A stretch of DNA of 64,000 nucleotides from a virus (taxonomy: Duplodnaviria > Caudoviricetes): the IMG/VR virus record IMGVR_UViG_3300046528_000065, positions 1 to 64,000 of that record; one strand, written 5' to 3'. The number at the start of each line of letters is the position of its first letter. Position 1 is the first letter of the stretch. Made by a program: the position numbers and the translations under genes. Shown here piece by piece: positions 27,540 to 35,816 of this stretch. The notes under the pieces were generated by a model. The model saw nothing but the letters and a program-made list of their open reading frames with translations, had not been told where the DNA came from and did no database searches.

Positions 27540-27785
27540 ATGCCAGAAATCATCCGAGGTTATAAAATCAGCAACAACAACGCTTCCCGCTTGCAGAAAG
27601 CCAGCGTAACAGTTCGCACCCCTTCCGGCCTCATCTGCGCTAGGGTTCATAGTGATCACGGAAAATTGCTCCAACGTATTCGCAACAGCTTACTAGAGCC
27701 AGCACGTGCTGAACTCATCGCGCAGATGTCACAGGCAGGGTGCCCACCTGAAGACATTTTCGCTATTGTCGCAAAGCAAGACTAA
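27540..27785 (+). CDS. hypothetical protein
   Basis: Start MPEIIRGY after AGGAG. Confidence 0.7.
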   Translation: MPEIIRGYKISNNNASRLQKASVTVRTPSGLICARVHSDHGKLLQRIRNSLLEPARAELIAQMSQAGCPPEDIFAIVAKQD

Positions 27786-27814
27786 AATAGATTGAACTTG
27801 GTGCTTAAAAGTGC

Positions 27815-27843
27815 TTGCAAGATGTCCAGATACATGAGATGAT
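27815..27843 (+). promoter_or_regulatory. sigma70-like promoter
   Basis: TTGCAA-N17-GATGAT. Confidence 0.45.
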
Positions 27844-27921
27844 TCTTACATGGACGAAGCAAACAGAAAGCAGCTTTGCCAAACGCTTGACAGCCCCTAA
27901 ATAATTTTCCTGGAGAATAAA

Positions 27922-28437
27922 ATGACCTACGCAACCGCAAACGCTGAAATCCTCGCCCTGTTCACTGCCACGGGTAAAGAAATCCCGCAGGAGGATAGTG
28001 ACATTGGCCGTGCTGTGCAGATTCTGCAAACCATTTGCGATAGTCAGAATCACACTATCCCGGAGTTTGAAAATGCCGACGTGCCGGACTACGCTGAGAA
28101 TGTGGAAGTCGATTCGGCATACATTTTCGAAGCCTTGGAATATATCGAACAACACATTGGCGGCGATGATTTTTCGCTTGACTTTGACGGCAACGAATAC
28201 CGGCTGATTAAAGAGTCGGCAATCTGGGGTATCTACGTTGAAGAAATCAAGAACACGGTGGATGATTGCTATTCCGATGTAATCAATCTCGACAAAATCC
28301 CTTCGTTTATCGCCGTGTCGATTGACTGGGAGCAAACTGCAAAGAATGCATATGCAGATGGCTACGGGCACCAGTTCAGCGGCTACGACGGCAGCGAAGA
28401 GGAAGCGGCAGGCTTCTACATCTTCCGCACCAACTGA
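27922..28437 (+). CDS. ArdA-like acidic antirestriction protein (putative DNA mimic)
   Basis: Very D/E rich; C-terminal IDWEQTAKN...DGYG...GFYIFRTN. Confidence 0.6.
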   Translation: MTYATANAEILALFTATGKEIPQEDSDIGRAVQILQTICDSQNHTIPEFENADVPDYAENVEVDSAYIFEALEYIEQHIGGDDFSLDFDGNEYRLIKESAIWGIYVEEIKNTVDDCYSDVINLDKIPSFIAVSIDWEQTAKNAYADGYGHQFSGYDGSEEEAAGFYIFRTN

Positions 28438-28569
28438 GAGTAGCCAGAAACACCCTTTCACGCTGGCTAAAACATAGCGCTATCCATCAAACGCACAAGG
28501 CCCTGTAGGGTGGTAGCCTGAAACACGTTCGACGCCTTGCAAGCCCTTAAACACGAGAGGAGAATAATC

Positions 28570-28704
28570 ATGGACCTTTGGACACATAACGACTTATTCT
28601 GGATCATTGCACGTAGTTATTACGGCAACTTTCAAGGGTGGACTTTCCATGCCGCCCTGGATGATGAGTTTGCAGACGGTCCACTAGACGCACCTGTAAG
28701 ATAA
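28570..28704 (+). CDS. hypothetical protein (44 aa)
   Basis: Hand translation MDLWTHNDLFWII...; GAGGAG RBS. Confidence 0.5.
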   Translation: MDLWTHNDLFWIIARSYYGNFQGWTFHAALDDEFADGPLDAPVR

Positions 28705-28723
28705 GAAAGCGTAAGAATATTGC

Positions 28724-28752
28724 TTGACTCCCCTTGCCTCGTGCGATATTGT
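28724..28752 (+). promoter_or_regulatory. sigma70-like promoter
   Basis: TTGACT-N17-TATTGT. Confidence 0.65.
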
Positions 28753-28813
28753 AGAGGACATGGCAGGGGTTGCCCGGTGGGCAAACAACGAATAATCAAA
28801 CACTGGAGGATTT

Positions 28814-28984
28814 ATGGAAGTCAAATATGTTGTCGCACAAGATGTCCGGGAACTGAAGAAAGCACTTCAGAAAGTTCCTGCCGGTGGCTCATGGTTTGTT
28901 GAACGTGGGGACTATGGGCACTGCTCTGTCATCTGCTACGATGAGTTTGGAGAGCAGCACACAATCATTAAGAACAAAGAGTGA
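28814..28984 (+). CDS. hypothetical protein (56 aa)
   Basis: Hand translation MEVKYVVAQDVRELKK...; GGAGG RBS. Confidence 0.65.
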   Translation: MEVKYVVAQDVRELKKALQKVPAGGSWFVERGDYGHCSVICYDEFGEQHTIIKNKE

Positions 28985-28990
28985 GCCACC

Positions 28991-29317
28991 ATGCAAAAAC
29001 AACTCAGCCGCACATGCGTGAGCAAAACACGAGCCCTCCTCATGGCAACAGCATGTGTTGGCAGGCCTACAGGAAGGGAAACTAGGTGGCGCTTCATCGC
29101 TCCTCACAGTGTACGTAATTTGGCAGGCCCAACACAGGAGTACACGGCAACGTGCCATTCAGACATTCAACGCATGCGCACATTGCTTGTTGTTGAAATT
29201 GCTCTCGTGCTAATGGGCCATGATGGGCAGCTTGTGCCGGATGGGTTGGAGGGGAGCGCGGGAAAGATGCTGGAGAGTGTGTTAGCCAATCCGAACAATT
29301 ATTTGCGTAAGGACTAA
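28991..29317 (+). CDS. hypothetical protein
   Basis: ORF track. Confidence 0.55.
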   Translation: MQKQLSRTCVSKTRALLMATACVGRPTGRETRWRFIAPHSVRNLAGPTQEYTATCHSDIQRMRTLLVVEIALVLMGHDGQLVPDGLEGSAGKMLESVLANPNNYLRKD

Positions 29318-29319
29318 TC

Positions 29320-29505
29320 ATGAAAACTTACTTTAAATGGACTTGCCCTGATTGTGGACATTTGCACGAATCGGAAACGGTAGACGCCGAGCTTGGCCCA
29401 TTCATGGCGCTAGTCTGCGACGATTGCGGAAGCATTTCCGATGAAAACAATTTGCAAAAAGCTGATGTAGAGGCGTGGTCTGTAGCGGTCAACAGGGTGT
29501 GTTAG
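29320..29505 (+). CDS. Zn-ribbon small protein
   Basis: CPDC...CDDC. Confidence 0.7.
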   Translation: MKTYFKWTCPDCGHLHESETVDAELGPFMALVCDDCGSISDENNLQKADVEAWSVAVNRVC

Positions 29506-29556
29506 CGGAGCCTGGACGGTGGTTGGTTAGGGACTGATATTGTTACAAATTCGCTG

Positions 29557-29585
29557 TTGCTTAAAATTGTTATGTGCGTTAAGAT
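29557..29585 (+). promoter_or_regulatory. sigma70-like promoter
   Basis: TTGCTT-N17-TAAGAT. Confidence 0.55.
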
Positions 29586-29623
29586 GGGGTCATTGGATGC
29601 GCAAACACACAAAGGAGCTAGAC

Positions 29624-29809
29624 ATGAGCAAGCTTGAGACCCTGAAACAAAAAGCAACGCAGGCAGAACAGAAGTTTGATGCTGCTATAGATGCTGGCAA
29701 AGACCGTGCAACGATTATTCGTCTTGGTAAAGTGATGGATAAATGGCAAAATGCCTACCATGCAGAACTTCGTGCTAACGGCATCGCTCCACACAAGGTA
29801 GGAAACTAA
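29624..29809 (+). CDS. hypothetical protein
   Basis: Start MSKLETL after AAGGAG. Confidence 0.7.
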   Translation: MSKLETLKQKATQAEQKFDAAIDAGKDRATIIRLGKVMDKWQNAYHAELRANGIAPHKVGN

Positions 29810-29813
29810 CACC

Positions 29814-30110
29814 ATGCCAAAACACACAGACAAACTCTCAGCCCTCCGCACAATGCTCTCTCTGTGTGGCTTTAAGGAAGATGCACACGGACATTTTCAG
29901 AAAGACACATTCGGGCTAACGCTTAGCAAGGAACGTGTTCCGGCGAAGATGAGGATAAAGATACAGGACATCTCTGTACGTGTGGAATTGAAGCGTGACG
30001 CGCCAGGGAGCGAATGGAACAAGATTGATGGGGCGTATTTGAAGGATGTGATTGTGGGGCCGGAGGGTGTGAGGATAGGGAGGAAAACATTTAATGTGGA
30101 GGAACTATGA
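29814..30110 (+). CDS. hypothetical protein
   Basis: ORF track; AGGA RBS. Confidence 0.7.
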   Translation: MPKHTDKLSALRTMLSLCGFKEDAHGHFQKDTFGLTLSKERVPAKMRIKIQDISVRVELKRDAPGSEWNKIDGAYLKDVIVGPEGVRIGRKTFNVEEL

Positions 30111-30490
30111 AAATCAATGCAGATTTATCGATCAACCGGACCAGCCGAGACGAAGTGACAATTAGTGTCACGGATGACAAGAGCCACACAGAATTTGTGA
30201 AGCTTTCCCTGACACTGGAACAGTTTGCCTTTGCCATTACGGGAATGCACGTGTCAGATGTTGAGGGGATTGTACGAGGCCTGGACGTAGTAGGAAAGAC
30301 CAAGATAACGAAACGTGTGTCTGTCGAGTGTCCGCTCGATACGTACGACAAGAAAGCACTTGAGGAATGGCTCAAGGAGCACGGCAAAGAGGATGGATGG
30401 GATGTTAGCTCCTATCTAGGCTCACAGAGTAGTGTTGTCAGGCACGAGGGCAAAACTGTGCTGAACTATACGTTGTTTCGGTACGAGTGA
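30107..30490 (+). CDS. conserved phage hypothetical protein
   Basis: ORF track; GGAGG RBS. Confidence 0.75.
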   Translation: MKINADLSINRTSRDEVTISVTDDKSHTEFVKLSLTLEQFAFAITGMHVSDVEGIVRGLDVVGKTKITKRVSVECPLDTYDKKALEEWLKEHGKEDGWDVSSYLGSQSSVVRHEGKTVLNYTLFRYE

Positions 30491-30542
30491 TGTTCTAACC
30501 CATGCGTGCTACAATGCACAGAATTTACAATAGGGGTTACAG

Positions 30543-30779
30543 ATGGGACGACCGGCAATCAATGAGGAAGGGAATCGCTACGGGCGTCTCGTAGTTGTCA
30601 AACGTGATGACACTACACCAATTGGACGCCCTAGGTGGGTTTGCCAGTGCGATTGTGGGAAAACCGTAATTGTTCGCGCTTGGGATTTGCGCAGTGGCGA
30701 TACAACATCTTGCGGATGCCTGCGTGCCGAGAATATGGCGAAGACAGCAGCGGCATATCGTGAGGCACTAAAGGGCTAA
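30543..30779 (+). CDS. stand-alone homing-endonuclease N-terminal Zn/DNA-binding module
   Basis: GNRYGRLVVV...WVCQCDCG...LRSGDTTSCGC with no nuclease domain. Confidence 0.7.
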   Translation: MGRPAINEEGNRYGRLVVVKRDDTTPIGRPRWVCQCDCGKTVIVRAWDLRSGDTTSCGCLRAENMAKTAAAYREALKG

Positions 30780-30884
30780 TTCAATTGGCAAAACAAGCTA
30801 GAATCAATTTGTAAGGCCCGGACATATGCGGACAAGGGATGTGCGTTTGGAGGGCTGGAGAGGCTTAAAACACAGGAGGAAGGT

Positions 30885-31076
30885 ATGAGCAGGAATAAGC
30901 GTGAAGGGCCTTATAGAGGCGTTTCGGCTTGGTGGAAGAGTGGATTTAAGTCAAAACACGTCAGGAGCCATCGCTGGCATAGTGGGGACAAGCCAACAAC
31001 ATTTAGTGCGTTCTGCGTGCTAAAGACAAGGGCAGACCAATTTGCATTAAACCAATATAGGAGCAACACAAAATGA
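30885..31076 (+). CDS. basic hypothetical protein
   Basis: ORF track; AGGAGG RBS. Confidence 0.55.
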   Translation: MSRNKREGPYRGVSAWWKSGFKSKHVRSHRWHSGDKPTTFSAFCVLKTRADQFALNQYRSNTK

Positions 31077-31531
31077 AGAACATCATTCTTGCAGGCTGGG
31101 TTTCCGGGCTACTTGTAGCATGCGGAGGTGGTTCTGGCGAACCCGGCCCTACAGCCAATTACAGCGCACCAGTAGGGCAGGCGCTAGGGAACATTGTGCA
31201 AACGCTGCCTGACGCTGCTAAGGCTTTCACAGGGGCTTTTGCAAGCGTTAATGGGCAAGCCGTTGGTTACGTCTCAGGCATCAGTGAGAGCGATGTCGCG
31301 CTGAAGTTGGCGCAAGGTATTGCTAATGCTCCCACGAGTAACGCTGACGCGTATAAGGCTCTGCTGAGTGATGCAGGGTTGTCTATTGTGATAGTGGGAG
31401 CGGATACGGGGCAGAAGTCGAGCATTACCGGGCTTCCGTTGAAATATCCTGATAGCGTGTTTGTGGGGAAGCTGGGGAGGGAGAGCACCGCTGGCGGTGC
31501 GGGTGGGGTTGTTACAATCAAGAAGGTTTAG
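31073..31531 (+). CDS. putative lipoprotein
   Basis: LLVAC lipobox followed by GGGSG. Confidence 0.75.
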   Translation: MKNIILAGWVSGLLVACGGGSGEPGPTANYSAPVGQALGNIVQTLPDAAKAFTGAFASVNGQAVGYVSGISESDVALKLAQGIANAPTSNADAYKALLSDAGLSIVIVGADTGQKSSITGLPLKYPDSVFVGKLGRESTAGGAGGVVTIKKV

Positions 31532-31537
31532 TTACCG

Positions 31538-32215
31538 TCAGGCCACTTCCTCTAGCTCTTTTGCCATTATGTGTAATACTGCTAATGGCTCAATCGAGAA
31601 CTTAGACTTGTGGCCTGATTTACCTTGCACATTCCATTTCGGTTGACGCTCAAGAATCATTTGTGTCTCGTAGAATAGGACATCTGGCGATGACTCGAAA
31701 GTGTGCAGCTCTACCCTTGCAACTTGCGCAATATCTTTAGTCTTAACGTGGTCGCTCCACCTAGTAAAGAAATTGTTAGTTTTTCCAACATACAACAATT
31801 CATCTTCCGCACCGTAGAAGAAATAACAAACATAGAGTGAGTCTCGCAAAGCAAGCGACACACTAGCAGGTGTATCAAGGTGCTTTAGAGGTATCGTCCT
31901 TTGTACGTCTCGCTTGCTCTTAGACTTTGCAATAAGCCTGTGATACTCACGCTCTGCTACAACTAACTTAGCTTCCGCTTTCTTCCTCTCATACTCCGTC
32001 ATGCTGTCAACAGTGTCCGCGCCTAGTTGACTGTCTAGGGTGAGTGTGTCTTCGTAGCTCTTAAAATCCTCATACTCAATCCACCGATCTTCCCAAGCTG
32101 GTTCACGATGGTATGCCGCATACCCTGCTATTATTCTTTCATCTGGTAGTGTCCACGCTTGATCGTCATACAGGATTCTAGACAAGAATTCTCTTTTCTG
32201 CTGCATCGTGCTCAT
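31538..32215 (-). CDS. GIY-YIG nuclease domain protein
   Basis: CYFFYG...LLYVGKTNNFFTRWSDH...E...I...PKWN. Confidence 0.75.
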   Translation of the reverse strand: MSTMQQKREFLSRILYDDQAWTLPDERIIAGYAAYHREPAWEDRWIEYEDFKSYEDTLTLDSQLGADTVDSMTEYERKKAEAKLVVAEREYHRLIAKSKSKRDVQRTIPLKHLDTPASVSLALRDSLYVCYFFYGAEDELLYVGKTNNFFTRWSDHVKTKDIAQVARVELHTFESSPDVLFYETQMILERQPKWNVQGKSGHKSKFSIEPLAVLHIMAKELEEVA

Positions 32216-32349
32216 TTTCCAACGTGCCTTATCTTGTGTAGCCTGTTAAACTCTTTGATTAACTCTTTATCTGTGTGCCTATCGAACCATTCTTGCGTAT
32301 AGACGAGCAGCATGTATTCCAGTACATCATTAATTTCTTCGTCAGTCAT
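32212..32349 (-). CDS. hypothetical protein (45 aa)
   Basis: Hand translation MTDEEINDVLEYMLLVY...; overlaps both neighbours. Confidence 0.55.
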   Translation of the reverse strand: MTDEEINDVLEYMLLVYTQEWFDRHTDKELIKEFNRLHKIRHVGK

Positions 32350-32923
32350 CCTCAATCCTTTCCTCTTCCAATGTTGTAATAATCTCTTGATCGCTTTGTT
32401 CGATCAACTCTTGATTGTACATCTCACGTTTCACCACTTCCCTACGTACCAACAATTGCACTAGTCCACACGCTTGCATGTACTTCCTCGACTGTCTATC
32501 ACTCAGCCCTAGTGCGTCCGCTATAATGTCTGTGGACAGGCGCTCCAGCTTCGACAGCAAGCGATAGACGACCATCATAGACAAGGGCCTAGTGTTGCCG
32601 TGCATGTCGAGCCTAACAACACCATAGAAGATGTCTTCAAAGCTGGTAGGCAGCGTACAGTCTCGCATGCTGAAAATAACACCGTCGAAGAGTTGCACCA
32701 AGTCGGCATTGTCCAGCACCACAGGCTTCCGACCCTTGGCAGGTTCAGGCACTGGCCCCACTACATACGACCATTCGGCGTCAGGCTTCCACCTGGGGAT
32801 ACGTCGCTTAAGCTTTGCCAGGAGTTCAGGCGTCAACTCAGCGCAGCGGATAGGCTTACGCTTCCTCTTGTCGTATCCGAGAGGTTTGGACGCTTCCCAC
32901 GCCGAAACACCGTACACCCTCAT
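32342..32923 (-). CDS. HTH-containing protein
   Basis: LSTDIIADALGLSDRQSRKYM resembles a helix-turn-helix. Confidence 0.6.
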   Translation of the reverse strand: MRVYGVSAWEASKPLGYDKRKRKPIRCAELTPELLAKLKRRIPRWKPDAEWSYVVGPVPEPAKGRKPVVLDNADLVQLFDGVIFSMRDCTLPTSFEDIFYGVVRLDMHGNTRPLSMMVVYRLLSKLERLSTDIIADALGLSDRQSRKYMQACGLVQLLVRREVVKREMYNQELIEQSDQEIITTLEEERIEDD

Positions 32924-33007
32924 TTCGGCCCCCTATTAAGTAACCTAATACAAACTCTTGCACAAAAATACACACATGCCATATACGGCCCCCTATTAGA
33001 TAACGAA

Positions 33008-33202
33008 TTACTTCTGAGACAACTTAGCAACCAGCACATCAATCTTGTACTGTCGATAAGCTTCCTCGATCTTCTTGGACATCTCAACATCATCCTTCCA
33101 TGCTTGCCTTACAGCATAGATAGCTTGCGCTGTCGATTGCTTAAAATGTGCGATGATGTCTGCAATGTCAGATGACTGGTAGTTAAAGTTCTTACGGCTC
33201 AC
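33008..33202 (-). CDS. hypothetical protein
   Basis: GTG start after AGGAG, downstream of a minus-strand promoter. Confidence 0.6.
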   Translation of the reverse strand: MSRKNFNYQSSDIADIIAHFKQSTAQAIYAVRQAWKDDVEMSKKIEEAYRQYKIDVLVAKLSQK

Positions 33203-33232
33203 GAAAGCTCCTATGTTGTTGAATACTAGATC

Positions 33233-33260
33233 AGTATATAGTATGATTGCCACAAGTCAA
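33233..33260 (-). promoter_or_regulatory. sigma70-like promoter
   Basis: TTGACT-N16-TATACT. Confidence 0.6.
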
Positions 33261-33484
33261 CTAAGTTTAGCACAATAAAGAGAACAAGAATTTAGTTATA
33301 GTGGAAGAATGAAGAAAGAAGACACTAGAAGAAAGACCAACTAAGGAAGGATAGACTGAAGATAACTGAAAGAAAGAACAGACTAACTTAATTGATGCAA
33401 AGAAAGGAGGCATTGCCATGTGTGCCTGACGGCCCACGCTAGCGCTGGCAACACACAAACAATAAAATTCTTATGAATTCTCCC

Positions 33485-33513
33485 TTGACATGCAAATCAG
33501 TGCCCTCTACAAT
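33485..33513 (+). promoter_or_regulatory. sigma70-like promoter
   Basis: TTGACA-N17-TACAAT. Confidence 0.8.
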
Positions 33514-33555
33514 GTCTCTATTCGCAGCACAAACGAACATAGCCAGGGGCAGAAC

Positions 33556-33798
33556 ATGAGCACTTACAAAGACTTCACCGACGACGTAAACGGAACTATC
33601 ATTGGGGGCGATTACGGTATGTGCTGGGTTACTTACCAAGACAGGAAGCAGGGTAAGACTAACTATCCCGCTAACAAGGTGGAAGCAGAGCAAATGTGCT
33701 CGTGTGTTGTCGAGGAAATCAAGAAAGACTGCGGAGAAGCTTTCAACATGATTTATCCTGACAAGGATGCATGGAAGTTTCATTTCGACGGTATTTGA
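33556..33798 (+). CDS. hypothetical protein
   Basis: Start MSTYKDF after AGGGG. Confidence 0.7.
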   Translation: MSTYKDFTDDVNGTIIGGDYGMCWVTYQDRKQGKTNYPANKVEAEQMCSCVVEEIKKDCGEAFNMIYPDKDAWKFHFDGI

Positions 33799-33824
33799 AC
33801 GTATAACAAACACAAGGAGAAATC

Positions 33825-34199
33825 ATGGCAAAATTAACAGGCGACATCATCAAAGCTGGCTTGCACGTATGGGCCTTGGGGTATAACAGGAACACTCGTA
33901 AAGATGTTCCTGTAGAGTTGATTGTCATTTCAGGCGATGCGGGATCAATGGGGAGGCTGTATGTCATGCCAGCTAATGCTGAGAGTGATGACAAGTGGCT
34001 CACCAAAGACCCTAACACCCACCAACCAGTGATTTACCTTGGTGACAGTGGCGTGCGTCCTTACAACTACGACGACAGGGCAACACAAGTGTTTACTACC
34101 AGGGAAGAAATGGAAGAAGCTATTGCATTGTGGGGAGGGAAAAATCCTAACTTTGTTACTGAGGATGGAATGGAATGGACATTGAGCGGAAGCCTGTAG
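33825..34199 (+). CDS. hypothetical protein
   Basis: AAGGAG RBS. Confidence 0.75.
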   Translation: MAKLTGDIIKAGLHVWALGYNRNTRKDVPVELIVISGDAGSMGRLYVMPANAESDDKWLTKDPNTHQPVIYLGDSGVRPYNYDDRATQVFTTREEMEEAIALWGGKNPNFVTEDGMEWTLSGSL

Positions 34200-34232
34200 A
34201 CTATAAATAACAATCTTGTGTGCAGAAAATGC

Positions 34233-34261
34233 TTGCGTGCTTAGATGTGCTTTGGTATTAT
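34233..34261 (+). promoter_or_regulatory. sigma70-like promoter
   Basis: TTGCGT-N17-TATTAT. Confidence 0.65.
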
Positions 34262-34323
34262 CACTACATCGGTTGAACGCAAGTGAAACCAAATCGACAA
34301 CGCACTAACACAAGGAGCCTAAA

Positions 34324-34548
34324 ATGACCGTCGAAATCTTCCTCCCAATCTTCTTCGCAGTAGTTATGTCCGGCTTTGCTGCCACTATCATCGTCAGCAT
34401 GTTCAACGATAGCAAGGAAGACAAGGCCCGTGCAGAGTATCGTGCAATGCTGGCTAAATGGGACGAGCAGAAGCGCCAGGAAAGGGAAGCTTTCGACAAG
34501 GCAGCGTGGGAAGCTAGGAAGGCACGTAGGGCAGCGATGTATAATTGA
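34324..34548 (+). CDS. membrane-anchored coiled-coil protein
   Basis: N-terminal TM; AAGGAG RBS. Confidence 0.75.
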   Translation: MTVEIFLPIFFAVVMSGFAATIIVSMFNDSKEDKARAEYRAMLAKWDEQKRQEREAFDKAAWEARKARRAAMYN

Positions 34549-34562
34549 TCGGGAGGAATAAA

Positions 34563-34748
34563 ATGTACGCTATTCAATGGAAAGACACCAGGGCAGGCAC
34601 TTGGCTACTATGCAGCACTAAGGGACAAGCTGAAGTGTATGATTCTATGCTTCGTGCGGCAGCGGCGGTAGAGAAATGGAAAGAGTCAGGTTATGAAGCG
34701 GACGAGTACAGGATTGTTGAGGCAGAGATTGTGTTCAAGGAAGACTAG
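34563..34748 (+). CDS. hypothetical protein
   Basis: Start MYAIQW after GGAGG. Confidence 0.7.
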   Translation: MYAIQWKDTRAGTWLLCSTKGQAEVYDSMLRAAAAVEKWKESGYEADEYRIVEAEIVFKED

Positions 34749-34750
34749 CC

Positions 34751-34936
34751 ATGACCAACACATCATTCCTCGTTATCACTGTACTAGTCATCCTGTTGGC
34801 TGCCCTCTCAGGGCTGGCCCTGCATGCTGGGCTCACGCTGTGGCAAGAGGGACGTAAGAGGGAGCCTTACAAGCCAGGGAGCAAGGAAGCCGAGAGGGAG
34901 GGAACGTTGGAGGTGTGGAGGAAGGGCGGTGTTTAA
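34751..34936 (+). CDS. small membrane protein
   Basis: N-terminal TM. Confidence 0.65.
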   Translation: MTNTSFLVITVLVILLAALSGLALHAGLTLWQEGRKREPYKPGSKEAEREGTLEVWRKGGV

Positions 34937-34965
34937 GGAGTTTATAAGAATTCGTAAGAAAGAGC

Positions 34966-34994
34966 TTGCGTGTCGGTTTGTGCTGGGGTATTAT
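34966..34994 (+). promoter_or_regulatory. sigma70-like promoter
   Basis: TTGCGT-N17-TATTAT. Confidence 0.65.
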
Positions 34995-35031
34995 TAGTCA
35001 TCGGCTCTACAAACCCTCTAGGAGAAACAAC

Positions 35032-35223
35032 ATGAAAAAGTTTATCGTCCGCGTGAACAACGGTTTTAACTTTGAGTACCATTCAATGGTAGAGGCTGAA
35101 ACTGTCTTTAAAGCAAGGAAAGAGTTCTTGACGAAACACAAGGGTGACTGGTTTGATACGCCAGGAGGGGTTAAACTTTCTGAAGTGAAAGAGGACAACA
35201 ATGTACGACACGATAGCGTATGA
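35032..35223 (+). CDS. hypothetical protein
   Basis: Start MKKFIVRV after AGGAG. Confidence 0.7.
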   Translation: MKKFIVRVNNGFNFEYHSMVEAETVFKARKEFLTKHKGDWFDTPGGVKLSEVKEDNNVRHDSV

Positions 35224-35347
35224 GGAAGGCAGAAGGGCATATGAGAACACTACTCCGTGCCCTTATATAGAAGACTCGCCTTCCTACTATGATTGGTGGG
35301 AAGGCTTCAGAGATGCAGAGCAGGACGCCGAGGAAGATGCTGAATGA
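35201..35347 (+). CDS. Rmf-like small protein (48 aa)
   Basis: Hand translation MYDTIAYEEGRRAYENTTPCPYIEDSPSYYDWWEGFRDAEQDAEEDAE. Confidence 0.7.
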   Translation: MYDTIAYEEGRRAYENTTPCPYIEDSPSYYDWWEGFRDAEQDAEEDAE

Positions 35348-35565
35348 AGACAATCATCCATGTAAATCAACATGTTATAAAAGCTAACAGGAAGAATGAC
35401 GAGAACAACCCCGTATTGACAGTGAAGACATACAAGAGCAATACATACGCTCACGCTGTAGAGATTGAAGGGCCCAGCAGGATTGTATATAGCCCTAACA
35501 AGCCTCTCTCATGTGGCGCTCATGTGTGGATTGAGACGGAAGGGAATGTCACTGTTGTGGTGTAA
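35344..35565 (+). CDS. conserved phage hypothetical protein
   Basis: KTIIHVNQHVIKAN...LSCGAHVWIET. Confidence 0.8.
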   Translation: MKTIIHVNQHVIKANRKNDENNPVLTVKTYKSNTYAHAVEIEGPSRIVYSPNKPLSCGAHVWIETEGNVTVVV

Positions 35566-35589
35566 TGATTGTATGCAGAATCAACACCA

Positions 35590-35816
35590 AAGAGGCCACC
35601 TAAACGGTGGCTTTCTCTATTGTGCAAAGCCTTATTCAGCGTGATTTAAAGGGCCTAGAAGGCGTCTGTTATGTGTGTTGGTAGGGACGTAGCCAGGAGG
35701 CTGTACAAGGGCAGAGAATAAGGAAGCCCCGTTCATCCGTATTGACTACAGGGGCAAAGTGTTTTTGTGATGATGTGCAAAGCAGCATACAAGAGGCCCG
35801 CTAACGCGGGCTTTCT
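35590..35816 (+). terminator. tandem intrinsic terminators ending the early block
   Basis: AGAGGCCACC-TAAAC-GGTGGCTTTCT (about 35591-35617) and AGAGGCCCGC-TAAC-GCGGGCTTTCT (35792-35816). Confidence 0.65.

Noticed and set aside
15821-35713. 12-bp inverted match TGCCCTTGTACA (15821) / TGTACAAGGGCA (35702) as possible inversion sites
   Set aside because: A 12-bp match between two ~1-kb regions is expected by chance at roughly the 10% level, and the flanks do not extend the match.
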